Source: an uncultured Oscillospiraceae bacterium (lineage in GTDB: Bacteria > Bacillota > Clostridia > Peptostreptococcales > Anaerovoracaceae). Taken from it: a stretch of DNA of 64,000 bases. The stretch is taken from the NCBI GenBank assembly GCA_964345365.1, contig CAYFQR010000002.1, positions 33 through 64,032 of the forward strand, in the 5' to 3' direction. The notes under the pieces are model-generated. The model was not told where the DNA came from. It did not search any database and worked only from the letters and a program-made list of their open reading frames with translations. Positions 35,935 to 46,433 of this stretch are shown here, in pieces. The first letter of the stretch is position 1, and the number at the start of each line of letters is the position of its first letter. Made by a program: the position numbers and the translations under genes.

Positions 35935-37221
35935 TTATGACTGTCGGAGTATGCTCCTTGCCGCTCCGATGAAGTAAAGTGAGCCTGTAAACAATATTAA
36001 CTCATACTCTTCTTTTAATCCTATTGCCTTTTTCACGGCATCTCTGCAGTCATCAACAGCTTCAACCCTTGCTCCCTTTGCTTCAAGCTTCTTTTTCAGT
36101 TCCTCCGCTTCCATTTTGCGTGAATTTTCGGGCTCTGTCGCAATAAAATCACTTGCTATGGACGTTAATTGCTCTATTATTTCGTCGGTATCCTTATCCT
36201 TTAACATTCCCGTAACAATGAGAGTTTTTTTATCCGGAGCATATCTTAAGACTGTGTCAACAAGCATGTGTGCCCCGTCCGCGTTATGTGCACCGTCGAT
36301 GACGATAAGCGGTTCTCTTTTCATTATTTCGAATCTGCCTATCTGTTTGGCTCTTAAAAATCCTTCAAGAACCGCTTTTCTGCTTATCTTAAAGTCGGTG
36401 GTCACCTCATATATTGCAAGAGCCGCCAAAGCTGCAACCGCATTTTCAACTTGATGCCTGCCCGCCATGCCGATCCTCAGATTTTCGACATTGACGCCTT
36501 GAATCAGAACGTCCATTAGTGTGCCGTCTATCGATTCCTCTTTGATGTTGACAGGAAGGTTTTTTGTGAAAAAGAACAGCGAGCCTTCTTCTTTTGCCTT
36601 TTCTTCGATTACCGCAAGAGCCTCCTCATCCTTTACGGAAGTAACTACGGGACAGCCTTTTTTGGTAATACCCGCCTTGTTCGCCGCTATCTCCGAAAGC
36701 GTATTCCCGAGCCTGTCCATATGGTCGTATGAAATAGAGCTTATGACGGAAACCACAGGGTTCTTTATGATATTGGTGGAGTCGCCGATTCCGCCGAGTC
36801 CCACTTCAAGCACCACATAATCGGCTTTTTTTTCTTTGAAATAAAGAAAAGCCACAGCGGTTATTACTTCAAATTCAGTCGGAGAATCCTCTCCCCTGTC
36901 TGTGAGTATTTTTACTTTTTCAAGAACTGTGTCCGTGTACTTTTCCAAGTCTTCATCCGAGATAAATGCATGGTCAAACTCTATCCTCTCATTAAAAACT
37001 TCAAGAAAAGGAGATGTATACAAGCCTGTTTTGAAGCCTTCCGCTTGAAGCGCCTCATAAATATACTTACATACGGAGCCCTTGCCGTTCGTGCCCGCCA
37101 CATGAAAACATTTCAGTTCATCCTGGGGATTCCCGAGCTCAGCCATAAGCGAGGTCATTCTCTCAAGACCGAGTATGCTCCCGAACTTCTCAAATTCGTG
37201 TATTTTATCTATCGCGTTCAT
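35935..37221 (-). CDS. folC: Bifunctional folylpolyglutamate synthase / dihydrofolate synthase
   Basis: 428 aa Mur-ligase-fold protein with HVAGTNGKGS P-loop and FolC core motifs. Confidence 0.88.
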   Translation of the reverse strand: MNAIDKIHEFEKFGSILGLERMTSLMAELGNPQDELKCFHVAGTNGKGSVCKYIYEALQAEGFKTGLYTSPFLEVFNERIEFDHAFISDEDLEKYTDTVLEKVKILTDRGEDSPTEFEVITAVAFLYFKEKKADYVVLEVGLGGIGDSTNIIKNPVVSVISSISYDHMDRLGNTLSEIAANKAGITKKGCPVVTSVKDEEALAVIEEKAKEEGSLFFFTKNLPVNIKEESIDGTLMDVLIQGVNVENLRIGMAGRHQVENAVAALAALAIYEVTTDFKISRKAVLEGFLRAKQIGRFEIMKREPLIVIDGAHNADGAHMLVDTVLRYAPDKKTLIVTGMLKDKDTDEIIEQLTSIASDFIATEPENSRKMEAEELKKKLEAKGARVEAVDDCRDAVKKAIGLKEEYELILFTGSLYFIGAARSILRQS

Positions 37222-37280
37222 TATATTCCCCCTTGCCGTTTTCCCCCGTACCGTAATAATATTTAATGCGATAACAGTCC

Positions 37281-39995
37281 TTATATCTTGTCGCGGACAG
37301 CTTCCAGCTGCTCGTTAACTTTTTCGAGCATCTCCTCATAAGATTTCAGCTTATCTCGCTCCGCCTGTATCTTGTCTTGAGGTGCCTTGGAGGTGAAACC
37401 CGTATTGTTAAGCATTCCGGAAGAACGCTTAACCTCTCCCTCAAGTCTTGTTTTTTCCTTTGTCAGTCTCTCAAATTCCTCTCTGAAGTCAACAAGCTCA
37501 TCTAAAGGCAGATATATTTCGGCACCGTCTATAACAGCGGATACGGCATCGGCAGGGATATCTTTTCTGTCATCGGTGAAAACCAGTTCGCTTATATTAG
37601 CGAGATTTTTGAGATAAGCCTCGCCTGCCTTTATAGTACCGAGCTTTTCATCGGCCAATATCACCGTACTGATTTTTTTGGACGGTGCAACATTTTTTTC
37701 AGCTTTGATGTTTCTTATCGCCTTGACAGCCTCCATGGACATCTCGACCACCCTTACGGCCTCAGGGAAAATATAATTGAGACTCGTCTTCGGCCAATCG
37801 GCTTTTATTAAGAAGTTATTCTCTTCCTCATTAGGCAGGAAGCTCCATATCTCTTCAGTAATGAACGGCATGAACGGATGAAGGAGCTTCAGCATGTTTT
37901 TGAGGCACATAACAAGAACGAATCTGACAACCTTCTTATCGTCCTCATCATCACCATACAGCCTCGGTTTCACGAGCTCAATATACCAATCGCAGAATTC
38001 ATTCCATATCAGGTCATAGACTTTTTGACCCGCAAGCGCTAAATCATATCTGTCCATAGACTGATTGATATATGCGGTAGCATCGTTAACCTTATTGATT
38101 ATCCACTTATCTTCATCCTTTAATGCGATATTTGTAAAGTCGGTGGTGTTGGAGCATGCGCAGCCGCAGCAATCCGCACAACACTTGGCAAGCTCCTTAA
38201 AGCTTCCGTCCTCTTTCTTGAGATTCATTATTACGAATCTCGATGCATTCCAAAGCTTGTTCGCAAAATTGCGCGCGGATTCGATTTTTTCCGTCTGGAA
38301 CCTCATATCGTTCCCCGGTGAAATGCCGGTGGAAAGCGTGAACCTCAAAGCGTCGGCTCCGTACGAATCTATTATTTCAAGAGGGTCAATTCCGTTTCCG
38401 AGGGACTTGCTCATCTTCCTGCCTTCCGCGTCTCTTACGAGCCCGTGAATATACACGTCGTAGAACGGAACTTCACCCATATATTCAAGTCCGGAGAACA
38501 TCATCCTTACAACCCAGAAGAATATAATATCATATCCGGTAATCATTGACGTCGTCGGATAAAAATATTCGAGATCCGGTGTTTTTTCAGGCCAGCCCAA
38601 AGTCGAAAACGGCCATAAAGCACTTGAGAACCAAGTATCCAATACGTCTTCATCCTGACGGAGATGTGTGCTGCCGCACTTTGGACATGAGTTCGGCTCA
38701 TCATAAGCAACGATTATCTCGGGGCATTCGTCGCAGTAATATGCCGGTATTCTGTGCCCCCACCAAAGCTGACGCGAAATACACCAGTCTTTGATTCCCT
38801 CAAGCCAATGAAAATATGTCTTGTCGAATCTTTCAGGGATGAACCTGGTGGTTCCGTCCTTTACTGCTTTTATCGCAGGTTTAGCGAGCTCTTCCATGGC
38901 TACGAACCATTGATCACTGAGCATAGGCTCTATTGCAGTGTGGCATCTGTAGCATTCGCCCTGCGGTATTACGACTTTTTCAAGTTTAACAAGATATCCT
39001 GCTTCATCTAAGTCCTTAACCCACGCTTTTCTGCATTCATACCTGTCCATTCCCTCATACTTACCCGCCAATGCCGTCATCTTTGCATCCAATCCTATGC
39101 ATGACTCATATTTGAGACCGTGTCTCTGTCCGACCTCGAAGTCGTTAAAATCATGAGCCGGAGTAATCTTTACAGCACCCGTACCTTTTTCAGGGTCGGG
39201 ATAATCGTCGGCAATAACAGGGATTTCCCTGTTCGTAAGCGGAAGGATGACTTTTTTGCCTATTATATCGGCATATCTCTCATCATCACCGCGAACCGCT
39301 ATCGCTACGTCGGCAAACATAGTTTCAGGTCTTGAGGTGGCAACGGTGACTCCTTCAAACGAGCCGTCTGCTGACGGATATCTGAAATACCAATAATTTC
39401 CGTCCCTGTCATTATGCTCAACCTCGGCATCCGAAAGCGAGGTTCCGCAATCAGGGCACCAGTTTATAAGTCTGTTTCCCCTATAGATGAGCCCCTTTTC
39501 ATATAGCTTTATAAAGGCAGCTTTTACCGCTTCGGAGCATCCCTCATCCATTGTGAATCTTTCTCTTGACCAGTCGCATGAATCTCCCAACTTACGACAC
39601 TGACGAGTTATCCTGCCGCCGTATTCTTCTTTCCATGCCCAGGCACGTTTGAGGAACTCATCTCTTCCGAGTTCTTCCTTTTCAAGACCTTCCTCAGCTC
39701 TAATTTTCTCTATTACTTTAACCTCGGTAGCTATTGACGCATGGTCGGAACCGGGGAGCCAAAGAGCCGAAAACCCCTGCATTCTCTTATACCTCGTAAG
39801 TACGTCCTGAAGGGTATGATCAAGCGCATGTCCCATGTGAAGCTGACCGGTTATATTAGGAGGAGGCATTACTATAGTGTACGGTTTCTTGTTCTCATCA
39901 ATGTGAGCAATGAAACAGCCCTCAGTTTCCCACTTTTCGTATATTCTCTCCTCAAAGTCTTTCGGATTATATGTCTTTGACAAGTTGTTTTTCAT
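37281..39995 (-). CDS. valS: Valine--tRNA ligase
   Basis: 904 aa. PPPNITGQLHMGH (HIGH), KMSKSLGN (KMSKS), a CP1 editing domain and a C-terminal coiled coil. Confidence 0.96.
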   Translation of the reverse strand: MKNNLSKTYNPKDFEERIYEKWETEGCFIAHIDENKKPYTIVMPPPNITGQLHMGHALDHTLQDVLTRYKRMQGFSALWLPGSDHASIATEVKVIEKIRAEEGLEKEELGRDEFLKRAWAWKEEYGGRITRQCRKLGDSCDWSRERFTMDEGCSEAVKAAFIKLYEKGLIYRGNRLINWCPDCGTSLSDAEVEHNDRDGNYWYFRYPSADGSFEGVTVATSRPETMFADVAIAVRGDDERYADIIGKKVILPLTNREIPVIADDYPDPEKGTGAVKITPAHDFNDFEVGQRHGLKYESCIGLDAKMTALAGKYEGMDRYECRKAWVKDLDEAGYLVKLEKVVIPQGECYRCHTAIEPMLSDQWFVAMEELAKPAIKAVKDGTTRFIPERFDKTYFHWLEGIKDWCISRQLWWGHRIPAYYCDECPEIIVAYDEPNSCPKCGSTHLRQDEDVLDTWFSSALWPFSTLGWPEKTPDLEYFYPTTSMITGYDIIFFWVVRMMFSGLEYMGEVPFYDVYIHGLVRDAEGRKMSKSLGNGIDPLEIIDSYGADALRFTLSTGISPGNDMRFQTEKIESARNFANKLWNASRFVIMNLKKEDGSFKELAKCCADCCGCACSNTTDFTNIALKDEDKWIINKVNDATAYINQSMDRYDLALAGQKVYDLIWNEFCDWYIELVKPRLYGDDEDDKKVVRFVLVMCLKNMLKLLHPFMPFITEEIWSFLPNEEENNFLIKADWPKTSLNYIFPEAVRVVEMSMEAVKAIRNIKAEKNVAPSKKISTVILADEKLGTIKAGEAYLKNLANISELVFTDDRKDIPADAVSAVIDGAEIYLPLDELVDFREEFERLTKEKTRLEGEVKRSSGMLNNTGFTSKAPQDKIQAERDKLKSYEEMLEKVNEQLEAVRDKI

Positions 39996-40028
39996 CAGCC
40001 GGCGTCTCCTTTTAACTATATTTTTAGT

Positions 40029-40613
40029 TTACAATAAATTACTTATGAAAATTTTAATGCCTATCAGTATAAGTATCGTTCCACCTAAAACAGATGCTTT
40101 ACCGGCAAGTAAAACACCCGCTTTTTTCCCGGCTTTGACCCCGAGAAGACACAATGCGTATGTCACCGCAGCTATTATGCCTGCCTCTGCCAAGGCGGAT
40201 AAGATATTGAGCTCCGATATCGTAAACCCGACCGACAGAGCATCTATCGACGTTGCTATCCCCTGCAAGATAAGAGTCCTTGTTTCAAGATTATCCTTAC
40301 CGCCTGCAATATCGCAACTGATTTGATTTCTTTCCTTAATCATCTTAATGCCGATATAGGCGAGAAGAATAAGAGCAATCCAAGGGATGTATACACTCAT
40401 TCTGCTAAAATATATTACAAAAGAATGTACAAGGAACCACCCAATGAGCGGCATTATAAACTGAAAACCCGCAAAAGTAAGCGCAATTAGATTTTCTTTC
40501 GATTTCGAAAGAGAGCTTATGCACATTCCGTTTGCAAGAGAAACCGAGAAGGCATCTGCAGCCAAGCCCGAACCGAGCAGCACCGCCGTAATAATAAAAG
40601 AAATATCTAACAC
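40029..40613 (-). CDS. mntP: Manganese efflux pump MntP
   Basis: 194 aa with 6 transmembrane helices and paired DAFSVS / DALSVG motifs. GTG start after GAGGA. Confidence 0.82.
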   Translation of the reverse strand: MLDISFIITAVLLGSGLAADAFSVSLANGMCISSLSKSKENLIALTFAGFQFIMPLIGWFLVHSFVIYFSRMSVYIPWIALILLAYIGIKMIKERNQISCDIAGGKDNLETRTLILQGIATSIDALSVGFTISELNILSALAEAGIIAAVTYALCLLGVKAGKKAGVLLAGKASVLGGTILILIGIKIFISNLL

Positions 40614-40935
40614 TGAGTTTTTTCCTCGCCTAAATTAATTCAGTTAAATCAATATAAACAGATTTAATATATTGATAAGCCTTGCACGATATAAATGCTG
40701 TAATTTTTGTTTTCATAATTAAGCAATTATATAGTATTTTCAATTAAAATGTATATTATAGTATTATATCATGTTTACAACTAAAAGTACAAAAAATTTA
40801 TTCTCAAGTTTTCTGAAAATTTACGTTTTTTGTATTTACTATGTTGATTTGGTGTGTTAATATATTTGCATATTTATTTTTGGCAAAATAAAACGGTTCA
40901 ACCGATATAATAAAAAAACAACTTGGAGGTGTCAA

Positions 40936-42114
40936 ATGAAAAAAAGAAAAATTCACTGCTTAAACTCTATTTCCCCTGTCGGTCTCGACCTTTTCAGAAA
41001 GGGATATTCTATAACAGATAAGATTGAAGAATCTGCCGGTATCCTCGTTCGTTCAGCCAACATGCTTGATATTGATTTTCCGCGCGATCTACGAGCCGTC
41101 GCCCGTGCCGGAGCGGGTGTCAATAATATTCCTCTCGAAAGATGTGCCGAGCAAGGCATAGTTGTCTTCAATACACCGGGTGCAAACGCCAACTCGGTAA
41201 AAGAACTGGTGCTTACCGCTCTTCTGCTCTCATCAAGAAATATTTTAGAGGCAACTGAATGGATTAAAGCCAACAAAGACGATGAAAATATTGCTAAAAC
41301 AGTTGAAAAAGCCAAGTCTCAATTTAAAGGTTCCGAAATAAAGGGCAAATCTTTAGGAGTTATCGGTCTGGGTGCAATAGGCGTTCTCGTATGCAATATG
41401 GCGATAGAACTCGGAATGAACGTCTACGGATACGACCCTTTCGTTTCTCTTAAGTCCGCTTGGAACCTTCATCCAAAGGTAAAATATGTGGATAATCTTA
41501 ATAAGCTATGCTCTCAGTGTGATTTTGTTACGATTCACGTACCTGCAGTGGAAGCGACTAAAAACATGATAGATGCGAAGCTGATTTCAAATATGAAACA
41601 AGGCGTCCGTTTCCTAAACTTCTCAAGAGACAGCCTCGTTGATGAGGTTGCTATGAGCAAGGCGCTTTCCGAAGGAAAGGTTGCAAAATACATTACAGAT
41701 TTTGCGAATCCGCTCTCCGTTCATTTTGAAAACGCAATAGTATTTCCACATCTCGGCGCTTCGACAAATGAAGCGGAAGATAACTGCGCTATAATGGCGG
41801 TACAGCAGCTACAGGACTACCTTGATAACGGTAACATAAGTAATTCCGTGAACTTCCCGGCAATCGATGCCGGCATATGCACTTCCGAAGCAAGAGTGGC
41901 CATACTCCATAGGAACATCCCTAATATGCTCTCACTCATAACCGCATTTTTCGGAAAAAATGAGCTCAACATCGAAAAAATGGTAAACGAAAGCAGGGAC
42001 GGCTATGCATACACATTGATTGACCTGTCTATGCCGATGCCGCGAGACACCGTTGCCACACTTCAAAAAATCGAAGGCGTATTGAGAGTCAGAAGAATAT
42101 ATGAGAATAACTGA
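40936..42114 (+). CDS. serA: D-3-phosphoglycerate dehydrogenase with a C-terminal ACT-like domain
   Basis: 392 aa 2-hydroxyacid dehydrogenase. GVIGLGAIG NAD motif and HLGAST. GGAGG RBS. Confidence 0.85.
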   Translation: MKKRKIHCLNSISPVGLDLFRKGYSITDKIEESAGILVRSANMLDIDFPRDLRAVARAGAGVNNIPLERCAEQGIVVFNTPGANANSVKELVLTALLLSSRNILEATEWIKANKDDENIAKTVEKAKSQFKGSEIKGKSLGVIGLGAIGVLVCNMAIELGMNVYGYDPFVSLKSAWNLHPKVKYVDNLNKLCSQCDFVTIHVPAVEATKNMIDAKLISNMKQGVRFLNFSRDSLVDEVAMSKALSEGKVAKYITDFANPLSVHFENAIVFPHLGASTNEAEDNCAIMAVQQLQDYLDNGNISNSVNFPAIDAGICTSEARVAILHRNIPNMLSLITAFFGKNELNIEKMVNESRDGYAYTLIDLSMPMPRDTVATLQKIEGVLRVRRIYENN

Positions 42115-42171
42115 TTGCCTAAACGGTATTTTCTGTTGCAATCAAACTCATTCACTTGTAAAATAAATATT

Positions 42172-42227
42172 AACAGCCTGCACTATCAGAAGTTTTACCC
42201 TCAGTTTAACCCTAAGTGCAGGCTGTT
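42172..42227. terminator. Long-stem hairpin between convergent serA and the GNAT gene (bidirectional terminator candidate)
   Basis: 12-bp perfect stem AACAGCCTGCAC...GTGCAGGCTGTT with a 32-nt loop. A T-rich tail follows on the plus strand. Confidence 0.5.
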
Positions 42228-42317
42228 TTATTCTGCAATACCGACAATCCGCTCAGGACGATGAACAATCCTGACAATATTTGTATCCCAATACTCGTGG
42301 CTCCGGTCACAAGAGGT

Positions 42318-42656
42318 TTAACCCCTTTTGATGCCGCATGCAGGCCCTGCCAACATTTCGGCTTTTTCATATTCCTTTTCGGGATCCTTCAGCACATCTT
42401 CATATTCCCTATGCATTGCGAACCATTTTGACGAATAAGAACAGGACAGCACCGCTTGCTTACCTTGTTTCCTCAATTCCTCTGCAAGAGCCTCCGTCAT
42501 CTTACCCGCAATGCCCTGCCCGGTCAGCGAGCCGTCAACAAAAGTATGAGTAATATCGACTGTTTCTTCATCAATCTTCGGAAAATCTATCACTGCTACA
42601 GTTCTTCCGGATTCATCTTCAAGCCAAAGCTTCTTCTCGTTCTTCTTAAATTCCAT
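42318..42656 (-). CDS. Small GNAT-like N-acetyltransferase (YjdJ-type)
   Basis: 112 aa. Has THTFVDGSLTGQGIAGKM...LSCSY, typical of the single-domain YjdJ-like family. Confidence 0.7.
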   Translation of the reverse strand: MEFKKNEKKLWLEDESGRTVAVIDFPKIDEETVDITHTFVDGSLTGQGIAGKMTEALAEELRKQGKQAVLSCSYSSKWFAMHREYEDVLKDPEKEYEKAEMLAGPACGIKRG

Positions 42657-42671
42657 GTCACGCCTCCATAT

Positions 42672-43331
42672 TTATAGTATGTTTTTCAAAAAAGACCTTC
42701 TGTGAATCGGACAAATACCATGTTCCTTTATTCCGGCATAATGTGCCGCCGTGCCGTAGCCTTTGTTTCTTTCAAAAGCATAATGAGGGTACTCTTTCGA
42801 GTATTCCGTCATTAGCCTGTCTCTCGTAACCTTCGCGACGATTGAAGCCGCAGCTATCGAAAGACTCGTCGCATCGCCCTTTACAACACTCGTTTGCTCC
42901 ACAGACAAGCCTTCAAGCTTAACCGCATCTATGAGAACATGCTGAAGTCCCAAACAACCTTTTGATTTTAACGACGTATCTGCGGCGTCAATTGCCTCTT
43001 TCATCGCTCTTTTGGTCGCTTCAAGTATATTTATCACATCGATGACTTCACTCGACACGGAGCCGATTCCGTAAGCAATGCAGCCCGATATGATAAGAGC
43101 ATAAAGCTCTTCTCTCTTCTTTTCGGAAAGCTTCTTCGAGTCATCGATTCCGAGTATTTCGAAATCTTTGGGAAGCACAACACATGCGGTAACCACCGGC
43201 CCTGCTAAGGGGCCGCGTCCGACCTCGTCAACTCCTCCGAAAAACTCGGCACCTCCGGAAGCCTCAATATCGAAGCTCTTCATAAGGTTGAATCTCTCTA
43301 TCAGTTTCTGTTCTCTTTCAGTTTTTGTCAT
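42672..43331 (-). CDS. rnhB: Ribonuclease HII
   Basis: 219 aa. GVDEVGRGPLAGPVV and DDSKKL motifs. Confidence 0.93.
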   Translation of the reverse strand: MTKTEREQKLIERFNLMKSFDIEASGGAEFFGGVDEVGRGPLAGPVVTACVVLPKDFEILGIDDSKKLSEKKREELYALIISGCIAYGIGSVSSEVIDVINILEATKRAMKEAIDAADTSLKSKGCLGLQHVLIDAVKLEGLSVEQTSVVKGDATSLSIAAASIVAKVTRDRLMTEYSKEYPHYAFERNKGYGTAAHYAGIKEHGICPIHRRSFLKNIL

Positions 43332-43369
43332 ATTATATTCCCTTTATATCAATGATTAAACAATATGCC

Positions 43370-44272
43370 TTAATCACTCGGCAGTTCAAGAGTGATTTTG
43401 CCGATAAGCGCCGACCTGAACTCATCCAAGACGGTCTTAGCGGTTCTCTCGTAGTCAATACGCCTGCCCGACAGTATGAAACCTCTTTTTTTTGCGATGG
43501 CTTCCATGTTGGCAATGGCAGCCTCCTGTTCTCCGTCAATCTCACGCCCCGATTCTTCGCTATAATCGCCGTCCTTCAAAATATCGTCGAGCTTATACCT
43601 GTTTATCAGAAGCTCGGGATACCTCTTTGAAAGAATCTTTATCAGCTCAAGCGACAGCTCAGTAAGGTCAATTATCTCATCCTTTATCGAGCCGCAAAAC
43701 GCAAGATTGAGCCCGACCTTAGGGTCATCGAACTTCGGCCATAGAATGCCCGGTGTATCAAGGAGCTGCATATTATTTTCTAAGCTGAGCCACTGTTTGC
43801 CCCGTGTCACGCCAGGTCTGTCACCGATTTTGGCTGATTTTTTGCCGGTCATTCTGTTTATCAACGAGGATTTACCTACATTAGGTACGCCGACTATCAT
43901 CATCCTTAGCGGCTTCTTGAGAGCTTTTTTGTTATTTTTTTCATCCTGAACCTTCTCAAGAAGTCTGAAAAGCTCCTTTATGCCGTCACCCCTGTTTGAA
44001 TTCATCCTGATGACCATATCCCCGTCTTTTCTGAATTTCTTCTCCCACTCGGCATTAGCCTTATCATCCGAAAGGTCGCTCTTGTTGAGCACAATGAGCC
44101 TCTGTTTAGATTTAACAAGCTCGTCAATGATAGGATTTCTTGATGAAACGGGTATCCTCGAATCGATAACTTCTATCACCAAATCAACCATTTTAAGATT
44201 CTCCTGTATGAGCTCTCTGGTCTTTTTCATGTGTCCGGGGTACCAGTTGATATTTTTCAAATTATCGTTCAT
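43370..44272 (-). CDS. rbgA: Ribosome biogenesis GTPase A (YlqF/RbgA)
   Basis: 300 aa circularly permuted GTPase. WYPGHMKK, NKSDL and [12 protein letters not shown]. Confidence 0.9.
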   Translation of the reverse strand: MNDNLKNINWYPGHMKKTRELIQENLKMVDLVIEVIDSRIPVSSRNPIIDELVKSKQRLIVLNKSDLSDDKANAEWEKKFRKDGDMVIRMNSNRGDGIKELFRLLEKVQDEKNNKKALKKPLRMMIVGVPNVGKSSLINRMTGKKSAKIGDRPGVTRGKQWLSLENNMQLLDTPGILWPKFDDPKVGLNLAFCGSIKDEIIDLTELSLELIKILSKRYPELLINRYKLDDILKDGDYSEESGREIDGEQEAAIANMEAIAKKRGFILSGRRIDYERTAKTVLDEFRSALIGKITLELPSD

Positions 44273-44317
44273 TTCATCTTCCCTTAGCTTTTGCCGTATA
44301 TTTTTATTGTTCCGCGG

Positions 44318-44737
44318 TTAAATGCTGTGAATTGCGTCACAGTAAATGCAACGGTATGCTCTCTCCTCTTTATCGACAAGACGGAACTCGTGCACGATTT
44401 CCTGCTCAACCGAAGTGATGCACCGCGGATTCTTACACTTGATTACATCTCTGAGCGTAGTTGGAAGCGCCATGTGAAGCTTCTTAAAAAGCTTGTGGTT
44501 CTTAACTATATTAACCGTGATGTTGCTGTCCACATATCCTAACTTATTATAGTCCAAATCTATAATTTCGTCTATCTTTATAATGTCTTTCTTTCCGTAT
44601 TTCACGCTTGAAGCGTTCTGAATAACCGCCACGCAATTATCGAGCTTGTCGAGCCCCAACAGCTCATATATTTCCATACTCTTGCCCGCTTTGATATGGT
44701 CGAGTATGATTCCGTTTTCTACACCGTCAATATTCAT
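44318..44737 (-). CDS. pyrI: Aspartate carbamoyltransferase regulatory chain
   Basis: 139 aa. IENGIILDHI-type N-terminus and a Zn-binding Cys4 (CKNPRC...CIYC). Confidence 0.9.
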   Translation of the reverse strand: MNIDGVENGIILDHIKAGKSMEIYELLGLDKLDNCVAVIQNASSVKYGKKDIIKIDEIIDLDYNKLGYVDSNITVNIVKNHKLFKKLHMALPTTLRDVIKCKNPRCITSVEQEIVHEFRLVDKEERAYRCIYCDAIHSI

Positions 44738-44822
44738 CTCTTACCCTCCGTATATATCTCAATCTTTTTCATCCGACATATTTCACTCGCAAAAAACACG
44801 CAAGCAAAATATTTTAAACTTT

Positions 44823-45758
44823 TTACTTTTTATTTTCCTTTTTTATTCCGAGCAGGAATAAAATCAGCGCCATCCTTATATGCTTACCCGACATAGCCTG
44901 ATAAAAATAACATGCTCTCGGGTCATCATCAACCTCCACGGATATTTCATTCACTCTCGGCAGCGGGTGAAGTATTATAAGATTCTCTTTTGCCGTCTTG
45001 AGCTTTTCCAAAGTGAGAATATAGCTGTCTTTGAGCCTTATATAGTCTTCTTCGTTAAAGAAGCGTTCTTTCTGAACCCTCGTCATATAGAGAACATCAA
45101 GCTCCGGCATCGCATCCTCAAGAGAAGTCACCTCTTCCCATTCCGCACCCTTATTATCCATCCTTTCCTTTACATAGTCGGGAATCTGCAGCTCTACCGG
45201 CGATATGAGAACGAATTTGATTCCATGATATCTGAGTAATGCTTCAATGAGTGAATGTACCGTTCTTCCGAACTTAAGGTCTCCGCAAAGACCGACAGTC
45301 ATATTATCGAAACCGCCTTTTTTTCTTTTAATAGTGAGAAGATCCGTCAATGTCTGTGTCGGATGAAAATGCCCTCCGTCACCGCCGTTTATGATTGGCA
45401 CGGTAGTCTTCTGTGAAGCGACTATCGGTGCTCCTTCCTTAGGGTGCCGCATTGCTATAATGTCAGCATAGCATCCTACTGTCCTTATGGTGTCTGATAC
45501 GCTTTCTCCTTTTGCCGCAGAGCTTGAATCCGCCGACGAAAATCCGAGAACGCTGCCTCCGAGTTCAAGCATTGCCGATTCAAAGCTCAGCCTCGTCCTC
45601 GTGCTCGGTTCAAAGAAGAGAGTCGCGAGTTTTTTGTGTCTGCATATATCCTCGTAATCCGCAGGATTTTCAGCTATATCGTCCGCCACTTCGATTAGAC
45701 CTTCTATCTCCTCAAAGGTCAAATCCGTAATATTTATCAGATTTCTGATTTCTCTCAT
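44823..45758 (-). CDS. pyrB: Aspartate carbamoyltransferase catalytic chain
   Basis: [17 protein letters not shown] and HPLPR motifs. The start is set at ATG 45756-45758 (GGAGAGAGGAG RBS, TAATG overlap with the pyrE stop). Confidence 0.93.
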   Translation of the reverse strand: MREIRNLINITDLTFEEIEGLIEVADDIAENPADYEDICRHKKLATLFFEPSTRTRLSFESAMLELGGSVLGFSSADSSSAAKGESVSDTIRTVGCYADIIAMRHPKEGAPIVASQKTTVPIINGGDGGHFHPTQTLTDLLTIKRKKGGFDNMTVGLCGDLKFGRTVHSLIEALLRYHGIKFVLISPVELQIPDYVKERMDNKGAEWEEVTSLEDAMPELDVLYMTRVQKERFFNEEDYIRLKDSYILTLEKLKTAKENLIILHPLPRVNEISVEVDDDPRACYFYQAMSGKHIRMALILFLLGIKKENKK

Positions 45759-46405
45759 TATTTTCTCTCCTCTCTCCAACTCTCATCCGACGGATTGTTT
45801 CTGAACCTTATAATTTTTTCTTTATCGCTTTCTTTAATATATCCTTCCGTAACGGCAATCTCCACTAAGGCGTCAAGGTCACAAAGGCTTACATTCCTTA
45901 CGTTGCTCTCAGCCATTCTGTCGAGACCTCTTTTCATGCCGTAGGTGAATATGCTTGCTATTCCGAGTACCTCGGCACCGAAATCCCTGAGAATATTTAC
46001 CGTTTCTAAAACCGAACCGGCCGTTGAAATCAGGTCTTCAATAACCACTACTTTCTGTCCCTTTTCGAGTTTGCCCTCTATCCGATTGCTTCTTCCGTGA
46101 TCCTTCGCCGACCCTCTCACATATCCCATAGGAATATTCATAAGGTGAGCCGTTATTGCCGCATGTGCTATTCCGGCTGTACTCGTGCCCATAAGCACCT
46201 CACATTCAGGGAAGTTTTCAAGTATAACTTCCTTAAGGCTCTCCTCAATGACAGTTCTCACTTCCGGTGCTGTCAGCGTAAGCCTGTTATCACAATAAAT
46301 CGGGCTCTTGATTCCGCTCGCCCATATAAACGGCTCCTCCGGTCTCAAAAAAACCGCGCCTATCGAAAGCAGCCCCTCCGCCACCTTTTTCTTAATCTCA
46401 CTCAT
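45758..46405 (-). CDS. pyrE: Orotate phosphoribosyltransferase
   Basis: 215 aa. PRPP-binding motif [13 protein letters not shown]. Confidence 0.9.
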   Translation of the reverse strand: MSEIKKKVAEGLLSIGAVFLRPEEPFIWASGIKSPIYCDNRLTLTAPEVRTVIEESLKEVILENFPECEVLMGTSTAGIAHAAITAHLMNIPMGYVRGSAKDHGRSNRIEGKLEKGQKVVVIEDLISTAGSVLETVNILRDFGAEVLGIASIFTYGMKRGLDRMAESNVRNVSLCDLDALVEIAVTEGYIKESDKEKIIRFRNNPSDESWREERK

Positions 46406-46433
46406 ATTCAGCCTCCTGATTTACATAATTTTT

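Noticed and set aside
40614-40935. Expected yybP-ykoY Mn2+ riboswitch upstream of mntP.
   Set aside because: The reverse-strand sequence is almost purely A/T. It lacks the conserved G-rich cores (GGGGAGUAG-like and GAGAC-like), so nothing supports a call.
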